Source: Pseudomonadota bacterium (lineage in GTDB: Bacteria; Pseudomonadota; Alphaproteobacteria; Paracaedibacterales; CAITNM01). Taken from it: a stretch of 64,000 bases of DNA. Location: NCBI GenBank assembly GCA_046309815.1, contig JBKCOJ010000005.1, forward strand, positions 263,144-327,143, given 5' to 3'. Position 1 is the stretch's first letter, and every line of letters starts with the position of its first letter. The position numbers and the translations under genes were made by a program. Positions 17,527 through 27,649 of the stretch are shown in pieces. The notes beneath the pieces are model-generated. The model was not told where the DNA came from. It saw only the letters and a program-made list of their open reading frames with translations, and searched no databases.

Positions 17527-18377
17527 TGGAAAGCTTCCTTCTTATCTGAGGCAGATACTTCAGTTGAGGCTTGCTTTACCCATTGTTGAGAGGTGGCTGA
17601 AAAATCAAGGAAAGCATTTTCCAATTCTAGCCTTCTATTAAGATGGTTCGCCCATATCTGAATCTGTTGAAGAGGTATATTTTTAGAGAAAGAATGGGCT
17701 GTTTTTAAGTCACGACCCTCAAGAGCTTCCGCTATTAATTCAAAAGGCTCTTCATCAATGGGTTGTATTTTTTCAACTTTTATTTTTCCACGAAAAATTG
17801 CGGCAACTTTATTCAACCATTTAGGAAGATCATTTGGTTTTTTTGGCTGTACGTGCTTTTTGCGAATATCCTCAAAAGACTTCTGAAGTTGATAAATGCT
17901 AGGAGGTGGGACAGACGAGAATTGTTGCAAAATTTGATACCCTGAAAAAGATGAGCATTTTTCAGGAAGAGATGCAAGCAAGTTAGAAAAAGAGTCATTT
18001 AAACGAATTTTCTCACCAATTCTATCAATGGTTTCTAATATCATTTTTTTAGAATCATGCGCGGACAGTGAATTATCATGTTGATCTTTTGTGCTCATTA
18101 GAATCGATGATTTTAATAATTTTGTATGTTGAATTTGTAGAGCTAAAAATCTCTTTTTTAGTTCTTCAAACTTCTTTTCAAGATTTTTTATTTGTATATC
18201 TTGTTTTTTAGATAACTCTAGGCTTCGTTTGTCTGGCAGTGGTGTTTGGGGGTAGGGATTTTGGCTAAGGGATATTAAATAAATAATAAAAATAGGAATC
18301 TGTCCTAAAAAAATTATGGGCCAAAAAGATTTTATTGCTTGAATATTACGATGAAACAAATTCGCTACCATTTTCAT
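17523..18377 (-). CDS. Mic60/mitofilin-like (HemX-like) inner-membrane coiled-coil protein
   Basis: N-terminal TM (WPIIFLGQIPIFIIYLISL), coiled coil (NLEKKFEELKKRFLALQIQHTKLL) and a mitofilin-like C-terminal pattern (FELIAEALEGRDLKTAHSFSKNIP...IQIWANHLNRRLELENA). Sits directly upstream of the hemY-like gene. Start at MKMVANLF (18377) is preferred. Confidence 0.5.
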   Translation of the reverse strand: MKMVANLFHRNIQAIKSFWPIIFLGQIPIFIIYLISLSQNPYPQTPLPDKRSLELSKKQDIQIKNLEKKFEELKKRFLALQIQHTKLLKSSILMSTKDQHDNSLSAHDSKKMILETIDRIGEKIRLNDSFSNLLASLPEKCSSFSGYQILQQFSSVPPPSIYQLQKSFEDIRKKHVQPKKPNDLPKWLNKVAAIFRGKIKVEKIQPIDEEPFELIAEALEGRDLKTAHSFSKNIPLQQIQIWANHLNRRLELENAFLDFSATSQQWVKQASTEVSASDKKEAFQ

Positions 18378-18399
18378 ATAAATATTTGATTTTGATCTT

Positions 18400-19212
18400 T
18401 TATTGATTCGGCGGAATATCAACATGGACTTGATCTACTTGTAGGTGGGCGGGAATTTTTGCTGCACTTTTAAAAGTAAGCTCTTCGTTTGGTTGTATTA
18501 GTTCTTGTTTCCATTTGTATGACCATGTACGAATTTGGCAAAATCCTTCTTCGTTAGGCGTTTGGTCTGGCTGACAGGTCCCCCAGGCTTTTAGCTGAAT
18601 ATTTTGAAGAGGTGTTGCTAGTTGACCTGAATTTTTAACTTGGCCCACAACTATAATTTTTTGTTGCTCATTATCTACGGGCTTCACATCAAAATGAATA
18701 TTTTCAATTATCAGGACATCGGGCGAAATCTGTTTTTCTGAATCGGATGAGAAATTTAATAATGGATGATCAAATTGCATCGCAACAAATGCTAACGATA
18801 TTGTTCCTCCAAAAATCAGCAAGCTCCAAAAAATTACTAAAAGAAGAGTTTTCCATTGTTTCGGCTTGGCGATATCTTTTTTAGGTGATTTTTGTTGAGG
18901 TGAAAAATGATGATGAGCATTATTGCTAGCTGAAAAAGAAATATTTGGTGATTGATCTGTATGCTTAGCAAATGGCTTTTTGTACAGTAAGGAAATATCA
19001 GTTAAATTTCTGAAGGGCTGTTCTGGCGCCGCTATTTTAATATCTTTTTGGTTGGTATTGATTGATTCTTTTTTTAATTCCCACCATTGTTCATGGCAAT
19101 TAGAACAGGCAAGTTGCACACCATGCCCACTATTATCAGGCAGATTAATATAATTTAATCGACTAGTATCAAGCCTATATTGCTTATGACATCTTGGACA
19201 AGAAACAATCAC
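18400..19212 (-). CDS. MJ0042-type zinc-ribbon membrane protein (DUF3426-like)
   Basis: N-terminal CPRCHKQY ... CSNCHEQW zinc ribbon, a central TM helix and a C-terminal beta-rich domain. Confidence 0.6.
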   Translation of the reverse strand: MIVSCPRCHKQYRLDTSRLNYINLPDNSGHGVQLACSNCHEQWWELKKESINTNQKDIKIAAPEQPFRNLTDISLLYKKPFAKHTDQSPNISFSASNNAHHHFSPQQKSPKKDIAKPKQWKTLLLVIFWSLLIFGGTISLAFVAMQFDHPLLNFSSDSEKQISPDVLIIENIHFDVKPVDNEQQKIIVVGQVKNSGQLATPLQNIQLKAWGTCQPDQTPNEEGFCQIRTWSYKWKQELIQPNEELTFKSAAKIPAHLQVDQVHVDIPPNQ

Positions 19213-19267
19213 AATTATTCATTTTTTTTAATGTTATCGACATTCTAGTCGTTTTTCTAAACTGCTG

Positions 19268-20083
19268 CTACTTTAATTTCACTATTTGCTCTTTCCAAAT
19301 ATCTGGCCAGTTACTGTCGTGTTCAAAGCCTTTGATTGGTATTATGCAAATCTTTTCTGATCCAAGTTTCTGTTTGTACTGCAATCCTAGGTCAATGGTC
19401 GTATTTGCGTCCTCTGTCCCTAAAAAATGAATTTGAGGTATTTCTCTTAATTTTTCTCGATTTTCTAGGGGATTTAAGGATAAAGAAAGAGGTTGGGTTT
19501 GATGGTAATGTGTCCATTGTGAATGATCTAAATTTCCAGCAAAAGTAATAATACGTTGAAGATTTTTAAATTTTGCGGCAACTAGCAAGGCAACACTAGC
19601 TCCCCCCGAATAGGCAACAAATTCTACGGTCTCAAAGTGAAATTTTTGCTGACAGAATTGTATTGCTTCTATGGTGGCTTGAATAACTTCGGTTGAATAT
19701 CTAGCAGTTGTCCAATATTTAGGGTCAGGGATGTGGTCTTTTGTGTAATGATAAGGACGAGTAATTACTACCTTTGTTAAATTGCGGCTATCCACGCTCG
19801 CAAGTCTAATCGCCATTGGATCGGTTGGCGTAGGGTTAATAGCTACTTCTCCGTACTTGTTAATAACAAGCCCATCGCCCTCAAAGTAAATAACAGCATG
19901 CTTGCTGTGGTAATCTTTATAAAAAATTTGCAGCGGAAAAGTTGAAGTTTTAACTACAAGGGGCCTGTATTGATTGTTTTCGGCTAAACCAAAAGCTTTG
20001 GTGATTCGAACTTGATCGCTGCTGCATCCAAATAAAAAAAGAGCGGTGAAAATCACCGCCCTTTTTAGTCTTATTTTCTGCAC
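19268..20083 (-). CDS. Lipoprotein, alpha/beta-hydrolase fold (serine hydrolase)
   Basis: Lipobox LFLFGC. Nucleophile-elbow-like VAYSGGAS. A later His (FEHDSNW) is consistent with a catalytic triad. Confidence 0.55.
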   Translation of the reverse strand: MQKIRLKRAVIFTALFLFGCSSDQVRITKAFGLAENNQYRPLVVKTSTFPLQIFYKDYHSKHAVIYFEGDGLVINKYGEVAINPTPTDPMAIRLASVDSRNLTKVVITRPYHYTKDHIPDPKYWTTARYSTEVIQATIEAIQFCQQKFHFETVEFVAYSGGASVALLVAAKFKNLQRIITFAGNLDHSQWTHYHQTQPLSLSLNPLENREKLREIPQIHFLGTEDANTTIDLGLQYKQKLGSEKICIIPIKGFEHDSNWPDIWKEQIVKLK

Positions 20084-20089
20084 TTCTTA

Positions 20090-21268
20090 TTAGAAGCCGT
20101 AGTGTAAACGAAGACCAGTTACGTAAGTTTTCAACTGACCACGAGCTGTGTAGTCAAATTGTAAGCTTCCAGACAATGCGTCATCATTTTTCACTTGTAA
20201 TCCAGCTCCACCACCAATTGCTGAGCGGTTAACTTTGTATGCAGCAGCAGTAGCAAATGTTACACCTTGGTTTTTCTTCACGTCATATTGGCCGTGAACG
20301 TTGATGAAAGGCATAACGCTTGGAGTCATTTGGTAACCAACTAACACTTTTGCAGTCGCAGTTTGCGCTTTAAAGGTATTTGATGGAACAGACATAGCGC
20401 TTCCATTGTAAGCTGCTTGCTGTGATTTTTCTGTAAATTTATCCATTTTGCTTTGCATCATCAAGTAACCAAGTTGCAAGTTAAAGGATGTTTTGTTTAC
20501 TTTGTTTACAAAGTTAGCAAATACACCACCAAACATTGCTTTTGCTTTTGGTGTGCAAGTAAATGTGTTGTCGATGTAGTTTACAACGCCAGCAGCGTTT
20601 GTTTGTTGAGTGGTAATCCAACGACGACTGTCATTTCCTTTTGTTGTGCTCCAACCACCAACAAATTCAAAGTTGAAGTTTTTGTGTGGAACGATAATAA
20701 AGTAAGGATTCACACCCAGTGTGTCTTGTTTCATTTTACCATTGTTAAACTCAGTTCTTGCATCCAAATGTGAATAGCTTAAACCTAAACCAGCGCAGAA
20801 CATGTTGTTAAATTTATAGTCTGCTCCAACCATTGTTAGATAGGATTGACCATTCCAAGCTTGTCCTGTAACTGAGTTATCAATGGCGCCATAGCTTACG
20901 CGTAACCAAGTAGAAGCTTTGTGAGCAGATCCTGATGAACCAGCAATTTTTGTTCCTGTATCAGCACCCAAAGCCCCCGCATTTGATCCACTGCCATTCA
21001 TTGCTTCAGCAGCTTCTGCTGTTACGGCGCTAACTAAACCAAGAATCTTGGTTACCTTAACAGCCATAACTGTTGGTTCAGTAACAACGGCACCAGGGGT
21101 TGTTGCAACGGAACTATAAGCATAATAACCTGCAGCTTTAGTTACGCCAGTAGGTGCAACAGGAGCGCTAGTTGGAGTACCACCACTTGGAGGGGCGAAC
21201 AAATAGCCACTTCCAGTCACTGCAGCAACAAACGCAAGCGTTCTTGCCGTCTTAAATTGTTTAAACAT
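20090..21268 (-). CDS. Outer-membrane beta-barrel protein, autotransporter-beta-domain-like with short Ala/Gly/Thr-rich N-terminal region
   Basis: Signal peptide, alternating beta-strand pattern and a terminal aromatic residue (LRLHYGF). The segment WLRVSYGAIDNS...GADYKF resembles autotransporter barrels. Confidence 0.6.
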   Translation of the reverse strand: MFKQFKTARTLAFVAAVTGSGYLFAPPSGGTPTSAPVAPTGVTKAAGYYAYSSVATTPGAVVTEPTVMAVKVTKILGLVSAVTAEAAEAMNGSGSNAGALGADTGTKIAGSSGSAHKASTWLRVSYGAIDNSVTGQAWNGQSYLTMVGADYKFNNMFCAGLGLSYSHLDARTEFNNGKMKQDTLGVNPYFIIVPHKNFNFEFVGGWSTTKGNDSRRWITTQQTNAAGVVNYIDNTFTCTPKAKAMFGGVFANFVNKVNKTSFNLQLGYLMMQSKMDKFTEKSQQAAYNGSAMSVPSNTFKAQTATAKVLVGYQMTPSVMPFINVHGQYDVKKNQGVTFATAAAYKVNRSAIGGGAGLQVKNDDALSGSLQFDYTARGQLKTYVTGLRLHYGF

Positions 21269-21431
21269 AGATATCCTCTTAAAAATATTTCATTACAATA
21301 TAAAACATAAAGAGATTATCTAAAATTTTTTAGTTTTTTTGATTAATTTTTTTATATAATTCCTTTAATGTATCTCTGAAGCAACAAGCATTTAACGAAG
21401 CGTTAATTTTTCTGACAATCTGTGGATAAGC

Positions 21432-23369
21432 ATGGCATTCCTACAACGAAACTTTTTCATTCTTTTAATTTTTTTTTCTTTTGTGCCTATTATTTGGCCA
21501 ACGGGAATTTTTCAAGAATCCGATTGGGCAATTTTTGGTCTTTGGTTTATCGCTGGCTTTTATGCTCTCATTTTTCCAAGGGAGGTAAAAATATCCCCCC
21601 TAGCTCTAGGATTTCTTTTTCTAGCAGCTTTTAGCTTGTTTGGGGTTTTGCAAAATAATCTAACTTCAATTGGCGGCATTAACGAAATACGAGAAGGAAC
21701 AGCCACATCTTTGGCTTTAGCCATATTAATTGTAGTAGGGCGACAAGCTAACATGCAAAGCCTTCCATTGTGGATAGCACCAATATTGTATGGGCTTATA
21801 ACGGTAGCAGGCTGTCATGGTTTACTTCATTTAAAGACGTACATTTTTCTTGATATCTCTGCCTTTCCAATGTTAGCAAGCATTCCGCTTTATGTGAAAT
21901 TTCGCCAATCTCTACTTCGGTTTCAATATCTATGGGATAGCACATATGTTATCGCGTTTTTATTTTTATTAAAGTATTGCGATAATGTGGCAGCTATTAT
22001 TGCCAGCTTATGCGCTTTTATTTTTGTTTTTCTATTACCTTTTGCAAAAAGGTGTATGAAATTTTTGCCTAAGCAAGATGGTCTCTACGTTATTTTCGGT
22101 TTATGGCTGATTGCTATGATGGTTCTTGTCTCATGGAATTTCTTTTCTCATCTGATACCTCAACTACAAAGTCGCACATTGCTTGGAATCGTTTCCGTGT
22201 TTCAATATTTTGATCATTTTAATTGGTCAAAGCTTTTTCATGCTCTTTTTGGGTATGGGTGGGGGAGCTATCAGGAATTTCCAGTTCTTAATCTCTTCAG
22301 ACTAGAAGATTTTTCAATGTACGTGGATGGAAAGTTTAATCCAAATTGGGAATTTCTAGAGCGCAACCTCTTGCATACCCATAATTTAATCTTGGAATCA
22401 TTTGTTTCGTCGGGCTTATTAGGTACAGGTCTCTTATTGGCGGTCATCTATAAATGGGTAAATAATATTGATATCAAAGATTGGTCAGGTCGTTTCTTTG
22501 TTGTCAGTTATTTAATTTTACTCAGTGCATGGTTTCAAACACCTCCGGTTTTAATTTTTTCATTATTTGCCATGGTATGCATTCAAGAAAAAGATTCTTA
22601 TCAACTAAAATTACCTCGCTTTGTTTGGGTTTCTTGCGGAATATTTTTAATGGTATTTTCTTGTGTAGAATTTTGGTCTTCCATTTCCCTTAATAAGCAT
22701 AAATTTAAAACCATTCAAACATTTGAGGAAGATGTTTCAGCATTTGTTAACGATCCGGCTCATTCTTATGATAAATGGAGCACGTATAAAGGATCTAATT
22801 GGACCATTGGTTGGTTTACACAGGGATTAAATACTATCACTAAAGCTGATACCAAATATCTGCTGGATGTTGAAAAAGCCATTGTACAGATTACAAAAGA
22901 TTATCTTGATTCTTGCCAAAAGCGTAATGTTGTTAGTTCAGTCCACGTTATTAACATGTGCAATACATTTGCTAGTTTGCAACAAGTAAGAATTTCGAAA
23001 GACTCAGAATTTTTTGTGAATTTTAAAAAGGCCGTTTTAGAGCATATAAAAAGATTTCCTGAACGTTCAGATATGGCAATTGGTTTTTTAAACATATGTT
23101 TTGATAAATTAGAGGATATCAGAGAAGTGAGTGAAATTGCCGATGCTATTTTAGTAGCATTTCCAAATCATTCGGTTGGTCTTTGGTTCGAAGGGCTTTC
23201 TGATTTAAGCTTAGGTAACAACAAAGCGCAGGCTGTTGAAAAGATGCGGCAGGCAGTGAATCTTGGACTTAATCGGTATATGCCGGTTCCAACAGAGCTT
23301 CTACAAGAGTTGGGAGTGCAACAGCAAGCAAATACCATCAATAAAAAAGTTAAACATGCGATTAAATAA
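21432..23369 (+). CDS. O-antigen ligase/Wzy_C-like polytopic membrane protein with C-terminal TPR-like domain
   Basis: At least 10 TM helices. The loop LLHTHNLILESFVSSGLLG resembles the Wzy_C/PglL motif. Soluble helical C-terminal half. A paralog lies at 62998..64000. Confidence 0.6.
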   Translation: MAFLQRNFFILLIFFSFVPIIWPTGIFQESDWAIFGLWFIAGFYALIFPREVKISPLALGFLFLAAFSLFGVLQNNLTSIGGINEIREGTATSLALAILIVVGRQANMQSLPLWIAPILYGLITVAGCHGLLHLKTYIFLDISAFPMLASIPLYVKFRQSLLRFQYLWDSTYVIAFLFLLKYCDNVAAIIASLCAFIFVFLLPFAKRCMKFLPKQDGLYVIFGLWLIAMMVLVSWNFFSHLIPQLQSRTLLGIVSVFQYFDHFNWSKLFHALFGYGWGSYQEFPVLNLFRLEDFSMYVDGKFNPNWEFLERNLLHTHNLILESFVSSGLLGTGLLLAVIYKWVNNIDIKDWSGRFFVVSYLILLSAWFQTPPVLIFSLFAMVCIQEKDSYQLKLPRFVWVSCGIFLMVFSCVEFWSSISLNKHKFKTIQTFEEDVSAFVNDPAHSYDKWSTYKGSNWTIGWFTQGLNTITKADTKYLLDVEKAIVQITKDYLDSCQKRNVVSSVHVINMCNTFASLQQVRISKDSEFFVNFKKAVLEHIKRFPERSDMAIGFLNICFDKLEDIREVSEIADAILVAFPNHSVGLWFEGLSDLSLGNNKAQAVEKMRQAVNLGLNRYMPVPTELLQELGVQQQANTINKKVKHAIK

Positions 23370-23374
23370 TTAAG

Positions 23375-24160
23375 TTACGTGTTTAAAAGTAAGCGATCGC
23401 TATCGATTGAGCTACCAAACTGATGCATAAGATCTTGAGGTGTAAGCTTATTGCGTTCCTTTCCTGAAACATCATAAATAAGTTTACTTTCATGGAGCAT
23501 AATCGTGCGCGTCCCATATTGTAATGCATGGGACAAACTATGCGTTACCATCAGTGCTGTTAGGCCTTTTTCTTTTACAATTTGCTGAGTAACATCCATG
23601 ACAAAACGGCTTGTTTTCGGATCTAAGGCAGCTGTATGTTCGTCCAAAAGCAAAATTTTTAATGGACTTAACGTCGCCATAAGTAAACTAACGGCTTGGC
23701 GTTGCCCTCCTGATAGCATAGCCATGGATGTGTCTAAGCGGTTTTCTAATCCTAAATTTAAAGATTTTAATGCACTTTGAAACTCAGAGCGTGTGGTGCC
23801 AGAAAGAGCATTTTTTAATGATCTAGCTCTTCCTCTGTGGGAGGCTAAAGCTAAATTTTCACCAATGGTTAATTGAGAGCATGTGCCTGCAACAGGATCT
23901 TGAAATACTCTTGCAACATGTTTAGCCCTGACATTTGCTCCAAGCTGAGTAACGTCTTCTTCGTCAATCCATATATGCCCCGCACTCGGCATAATTTCTC
24001 CGGCGATTGCATTAAGCAACGTCGATTTACCAGCGCCATTACTCCCAATAACGGTAACAAACTCTCCTTCTTGAATGTTGAGAGAAACATCTTTAAGGGC
24101 AGTTCTAAATGCTGCTGTTCCTGCTCCAAAATGTACAGAAAGGTTTTTTATGCTAATCAT
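23375..24160 (-). CDS. ABC transporter ATP-binding protein
   Basis: Walker A GSNGAGKST, signature LSGGQRQ and Walker B LLLDEHTAALD. Confidence 0.9.
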   Translation of the reverse strand: MISIKNLSVHFGAGTAAFRTALKDVSLNIQEGEFVTVIGSNGAGKSTLLNAIAGEIMPSAGHIWIDEEDVTQLGANVRAKHVARVFQDPVAGTCSQLTIGENLALASHRGRARSLKNALSGTTRSEFQSALKSLNLGLENRLDTSMAMLSGGQRQAVSLLMATLSPLKILLLDEHTAALDPKTSRFVMDVTQQIVKEKGLTALMVTHSLSHALQYGTRTIMLHESKLIYDVSGKERNKLTPQDLMHQFGSSIDSDRLLLNT

Positions 24161-25047
24161 ACTTTGCTACCAAACTGCTTTTTTAAGTCTGGTAAAAGCA
24201 TAGCTACTCCAACAAGAACTGCGGTTACTAGATTTAGATCGGCAGCCTGTAAAAACGATCCGCCAATATTTAAAGCGGCGGCGATAACAAACCTGTACAA
24301 TATCGCACCAGCAATACAGGCAATAATAGTTCGGCTGATTTTATTTGTTGGCAAAATTGCTTCCCCAATAATAACAGCGGCAAGACCAACGATAATTGTG
24401 CCAACGCCCATGCTCACATCTGCATAACCACTAACTTTAGCAAATATAGCTCCGCCTAAGGCAACAAAGCTGTTGGCAAGGCACAATCCTAGACTCACCA
24501 TAATTTTATCATTAATGCCCTGTGCTCTTGCCATGCGCGCATTGTTTCCTGTTGCTCGTAAGGCCAGTCCAATGTTTGTTTTTAAAAAACAGTTCAATAT
24601 GTAAGTTAATATTCCAACCAAAATCAGCATCGGAAGAACTCTCCAGAAAGGTCCAAAGGGCGCCTTAAAAGACACGAAAAACTCTTCAAAGATAGTTTTC
24701 TCTCCAAGCAATGGAATGTTAGGGCGCCCCATAATTCGAAGATTAACTGAATAAAGAGCAGTCATAACTAAAATACCTGATAACAAGTTCATAAATTTCA
24801 GGTGTGTCGAGAGCCATGCTGTAATTAATCCTGCTAGGCCACCTAAAATCATAGCTACAATAGTTGCTATCAAAGGATGTACACCGGCAACAATTAAAGC
24901 CGCGCAAGTAGCAGCGCCTAGAGGAAAAGAACCATCTACACTTAAATCAGGAAAATCAAGCACGCGTAACGATAGATAAACGCCTATAGCAACGAATCCA
25001 TAAATAAGCCCAAGCTCTAAGGTTCCTACTAATTGAATCATGTTCAT
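24157..25047 (-). CDS. ABC transporter permease
   Basis: Polytopic membrane protein, translationally coupled to the ATPase. Looks like the permease of the uncharacterised ABC-type uptake family. Confidence 0.8.
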   Translation of the reverse strand: MNMIQLVGTLELGLIYGFVAIGVYLSLRVLDFPDLSVDGSFPLGAATCAALIVAGVHPLIATIVAMILGGLAGLITAWLSTHLKFMNLLSGILVMTALYSVNLRIMGRPNIPLLGEKTIFEEFFVSFKAPFGPFWRVLPMLILVGILTYILNCFLKTNIGLALRATGNNARMARAQGINDKIMVSLGLCLANSFVALGGAIFAKVSGYADVSMGVGTIIVGLAAVIIGEAILPTNKISRTIIACIAGAILYRFVIAAALNIGGSFLQAADLNLVTAVLVGVAMLLPDLKKQFGSKV

Positions 25048-25961
25048 AAGTCTGAACCGCTCATTGTTACAGCCTCGTCTAAGAAATCTTCAGATTCTAA
25101 TTGTATCCCAAGGTGGCGAATTGTATCCATATTTAAATGCAACTGGGGATAAACTTCCTCAAAAGCATCTTTTTTTACAGAACCTAGTAAAAAGTTACTG
25201 CATATTTCTGCAATATCGTGTGCGACTTCTTGCATGTCAAAATCATAACCACCAAGTGCTCCTGCTCGAATTAATCCTGCATGATTAGTGAAAACAGGAA
25301 CTTTCTTCATTTTAAAATGCTCTAAAATAAGTTCAAAATCTGAAAAAATAAGAGGGCTTGGCAACAAAATCACAGCATTAATATTTGATGAAACAGTTTT
25401 TAAAATGGTTGCAATATTTTGTTTTGCTGACAAAGCAAATGGTTGAAAGTGAATCTTTTTAATTTTTGCGATTTCTTCATATTGTGCAATTAAGTTCTTG
25501 GAGAATAAATCTTGATCATCATAGATAATCAAACAATGTATAGGTGTTTTTACAACATTGCCAATAAATTCTAATAATTGCTGAATGTTATTCTCTTTGA
25601 TCAATCCAATGGTTTTAGAGTCTTCATCATCAACTGGGTTTTGCAAGTTAATTCCAATTTTTAGAGACTCATCATTACTATTTTTAATCTGTTCGTCTAA
25701 CTTATCTTGTTCCAAAAATATCTTTAATGGAGCATTTTTACACCCTGTAGCTGAATCATTTATAATTTGATGTTTCTTGATATCTTGCAACTGCAATGCT
25801 TGGGAGATCAATTGCATATCGTTCTTGGCGCCTGGGACGTTAGATTTATAAATGCAGATTTTTCTTTGGTCTGAATTTAGCATGAATATTTTTTTATAGA
25901 GACTGATACCGCCTACCAAGATCACTATAGCGCTGATAATAAAAAATATGCGTTTATTCAT
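25044..25961 (-). CDS. Periplasmic substrate-binding protein of the ABC system (tentative)
   Basis: N-terminal signal anchor and an alpha/beta periplasmic-binding-like sequence. First gene of a three-gene operon with overlapping stop/start codons. Confidence 0.6.
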   Translation of the reverse strand: MNKRIFFIISAIVILVGGISLYKKIFMLNSDQRKICIYKSNVPGAKNDMQLISQALQLQDIKKHQIINDSATGCKNAPLKIFLEQDKLDEQIKNSNDESLKIGINLQNPVDDEDSKTIGLIKENNIQQLLEFIGNVVKTPIHCLIIYDDQDLFSKNLIAQYEEIAKIKKIHFQPFALSAKQNIATILKTVSSNINAVILLPSPLIFSDFELILEHFKMKKVPVFTNHAGLIRAGALGGYDFDMQEVAHDIAEICSNFLLGSVKKDAFEEVYPQLHLNMDTIRHLGIQLESEDFLDEAVTMSGSDL

Positions 25962-26143
25962 ATAGCTTTGCCTTTTACACGCGAGAACTATAACGTGTTT
26001 TTAATAAAAAAACTATGGGGGCAGGAATTTTATTCTATTAGCCCTGAATTTATACCAAATAAGTGCAACTATAACATTTTGTAGCTTTTGAAAGTTTGTT
26101 TTTTCGTACTTCCTAGTAGCATGGTATGTTACGTAAATAATTC

Positions 26144-27649
26144 ATGAAGTTTGCAACTAGTTATACGGTTGCGTTCCTTGGCGTGCAGCCCAAGTTGATA
26201 GAAGTTCAAGTACAGTTTGCTCCTGGACTTCCAGCTTTTACGATTGTTGGATTGGCTGATAAGGCGGTTGCTGAGTCAAGAGAGAGAATCCGAGCATGCC
26301 TGCATGGATTAGGTATGGATATACCTGCGGTTAAACTAACGGTTAACCTAACGCCAGCAGATTTACAGAAAGAAGGCAGCCATTATGATTTGCCAATTGC
26401 TTTGGCAATTCTAGCGGTGATGAATATCATTCCTAAAGACGAGGTAAAAGATTATATATCTTTAGGAGAAATTACTTTAGATAATCGTATCTTGCGTGTT
26501 CCTGGAGTTTTGCCCGCTGCACTTTTAGCTGGCGAATGCTATAAGGGAATTATTTGTCCAAAGGATTGCGGAGCAGAAGCTTCTTGGGCAGGAGAAGTAA
26601 GGGTCCTAGCACCAAGAAGTGTTTTAGAGCTTATAAAGCACTTCAAGAATGAAATTATTTTATCTCAGCCTGAGCCTAAACTAGAAAAAGAAGACATAAA
26701 CATCCTGGATATGCAAGAAGTAAAGGCTCAACGCTATGCTAAGCGTGGATTGGAAATAGCGGCGGCTGGAGGTCATAATGTTTTAATGATAGGGCCGCCA
26801 GGCGCAGGAAAATCAATGCTTGCAGCGCGCATGCCAGGAATTTTACCGAAGCTTACACCAAAGGAAGCGCTAGAAGTAACGGTGGTGCATAGTTTGTCTG
26901 GTATCACTCCCAGCGATGGATTAGTAAAAACTCGTCCTTTTAGAGCACCTCACCATAGCGCATCACTACCAGCATTGGTGGGAGGGGGCCAAAAAAGCAA
27001 GCCAGGAGAAATTTCTTTAGCCCATAATGGCGTACTTTTTCTGGATGAATTTCCAGAATTTTCACGAGCGTGTTTGGAAAGCCTACGTCAGCCTCTTGAA
27101 ACAGGATCAGTAACCATTGCTAGGGTTCAACACCATTATACATATCCAGCGAGGTTTCAATGTATTGCTGCTATGAATCCTTGTAGATGTGGATATTTTG
27201 GTGACGCAAATCGGCAGTGCAATAAAATTCCTCGTTGCGCAGAAGAATATCAACAAAAAATATCAGGCCCTATAATTGATCGCTTTGATTTAATTATTCC
27301 AGTCCAAGCTTTAAAACCAGAGGAGCTACAAACAAAAAACACGGAAGAATCTAGTCATAATATTTTGCAACGAGTAGAAAAGGCTCGAGCAAAACAATAT
27401 GAACGTTATGGCTCACATGTCGTCAATGCTTATATAGATAATAGAACTCTTGATAAGACAGTGAGTTTGGAGACATCAGCAGAAACAATTTTTCGACAAG
27501 CAATTGAACGCTATAACTTATCAGCTCGAGGCTACCATCGCCTCTTACGTGTCGCACGTACCATTGCTGATTTGGATGACAGCCATCCTATAACAAGTCA
27601 GCATGTACTAGAGGCGCTGAATTATAGGCTGAATGCTTTTAAGAGATAA
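26144..27649 (+). CDS. comM: YifB/ComM family Mg-chelatase-like AAA+ ATPase
   Basis: Lon-like N-terminal domain, Walker A GPPGAGKSM, VLFLDEFPEF Walker B and a C-terminal ChlI-like region. 501 aa. Confidence 0.9.
   Translation: MKFATSYTVAFLGVQPKLIEVQVQFAPGLPAFTIVGLADKAVAESRERIRACLHGLGMDIPAVKLTVNLTPADLQKEGSHYDLPIALAILAVMNIIPKDEVKDYISLGEITLDNRILRVPGVLPAALLAGECYKGIICPKDCGAEASWAGEVRVLAPRSVLELIKHFKNEIILSQPEPKLEKEDINILDMQEVKAQRYAKRGLEIAAAGGHNVLMIGPPGAGKSMLAARMPGILPKLTPKEALEVTVVHSLSGITPSDGLVKTRPFRAPHHSASLPALVGGGQKSKPGEISLAHNGVLFLDEFPEFSRACLESLRQPLETGSVTIARVQHHYTYPARFQCIAAMNPCRCGYFGDANRQCNKIPRCAEEYQQKISGPIIDRFDLIIPVQALKPEELQTKNTEESSHNILQRVEKARAKQYERYGSHVVNAYIDNRTLDKTVSLETSAETIFRQAIERYNLSARGYHRLLRVARTIADLDDSHPITSQHVLEALNYRLNAFKR

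Noticed and set aside
21421-21429. Perfect DnaA box (TGTGGATAA) immediately upstream of the 21432 gene.
   Set aside because: A single isolated 9-mer is expected by chance about 0.5 times in 64 kb over both strands. There is no cluster and no AT-rich unwinding element.
23873-24427. 184-aa plus-strand ORF overlapping the ABC ATPase and permease genes.
   Set aside because: It is antisense to two genes with strong motif support, and its Cys/Arg-rich translation is typical of an antisense frame.
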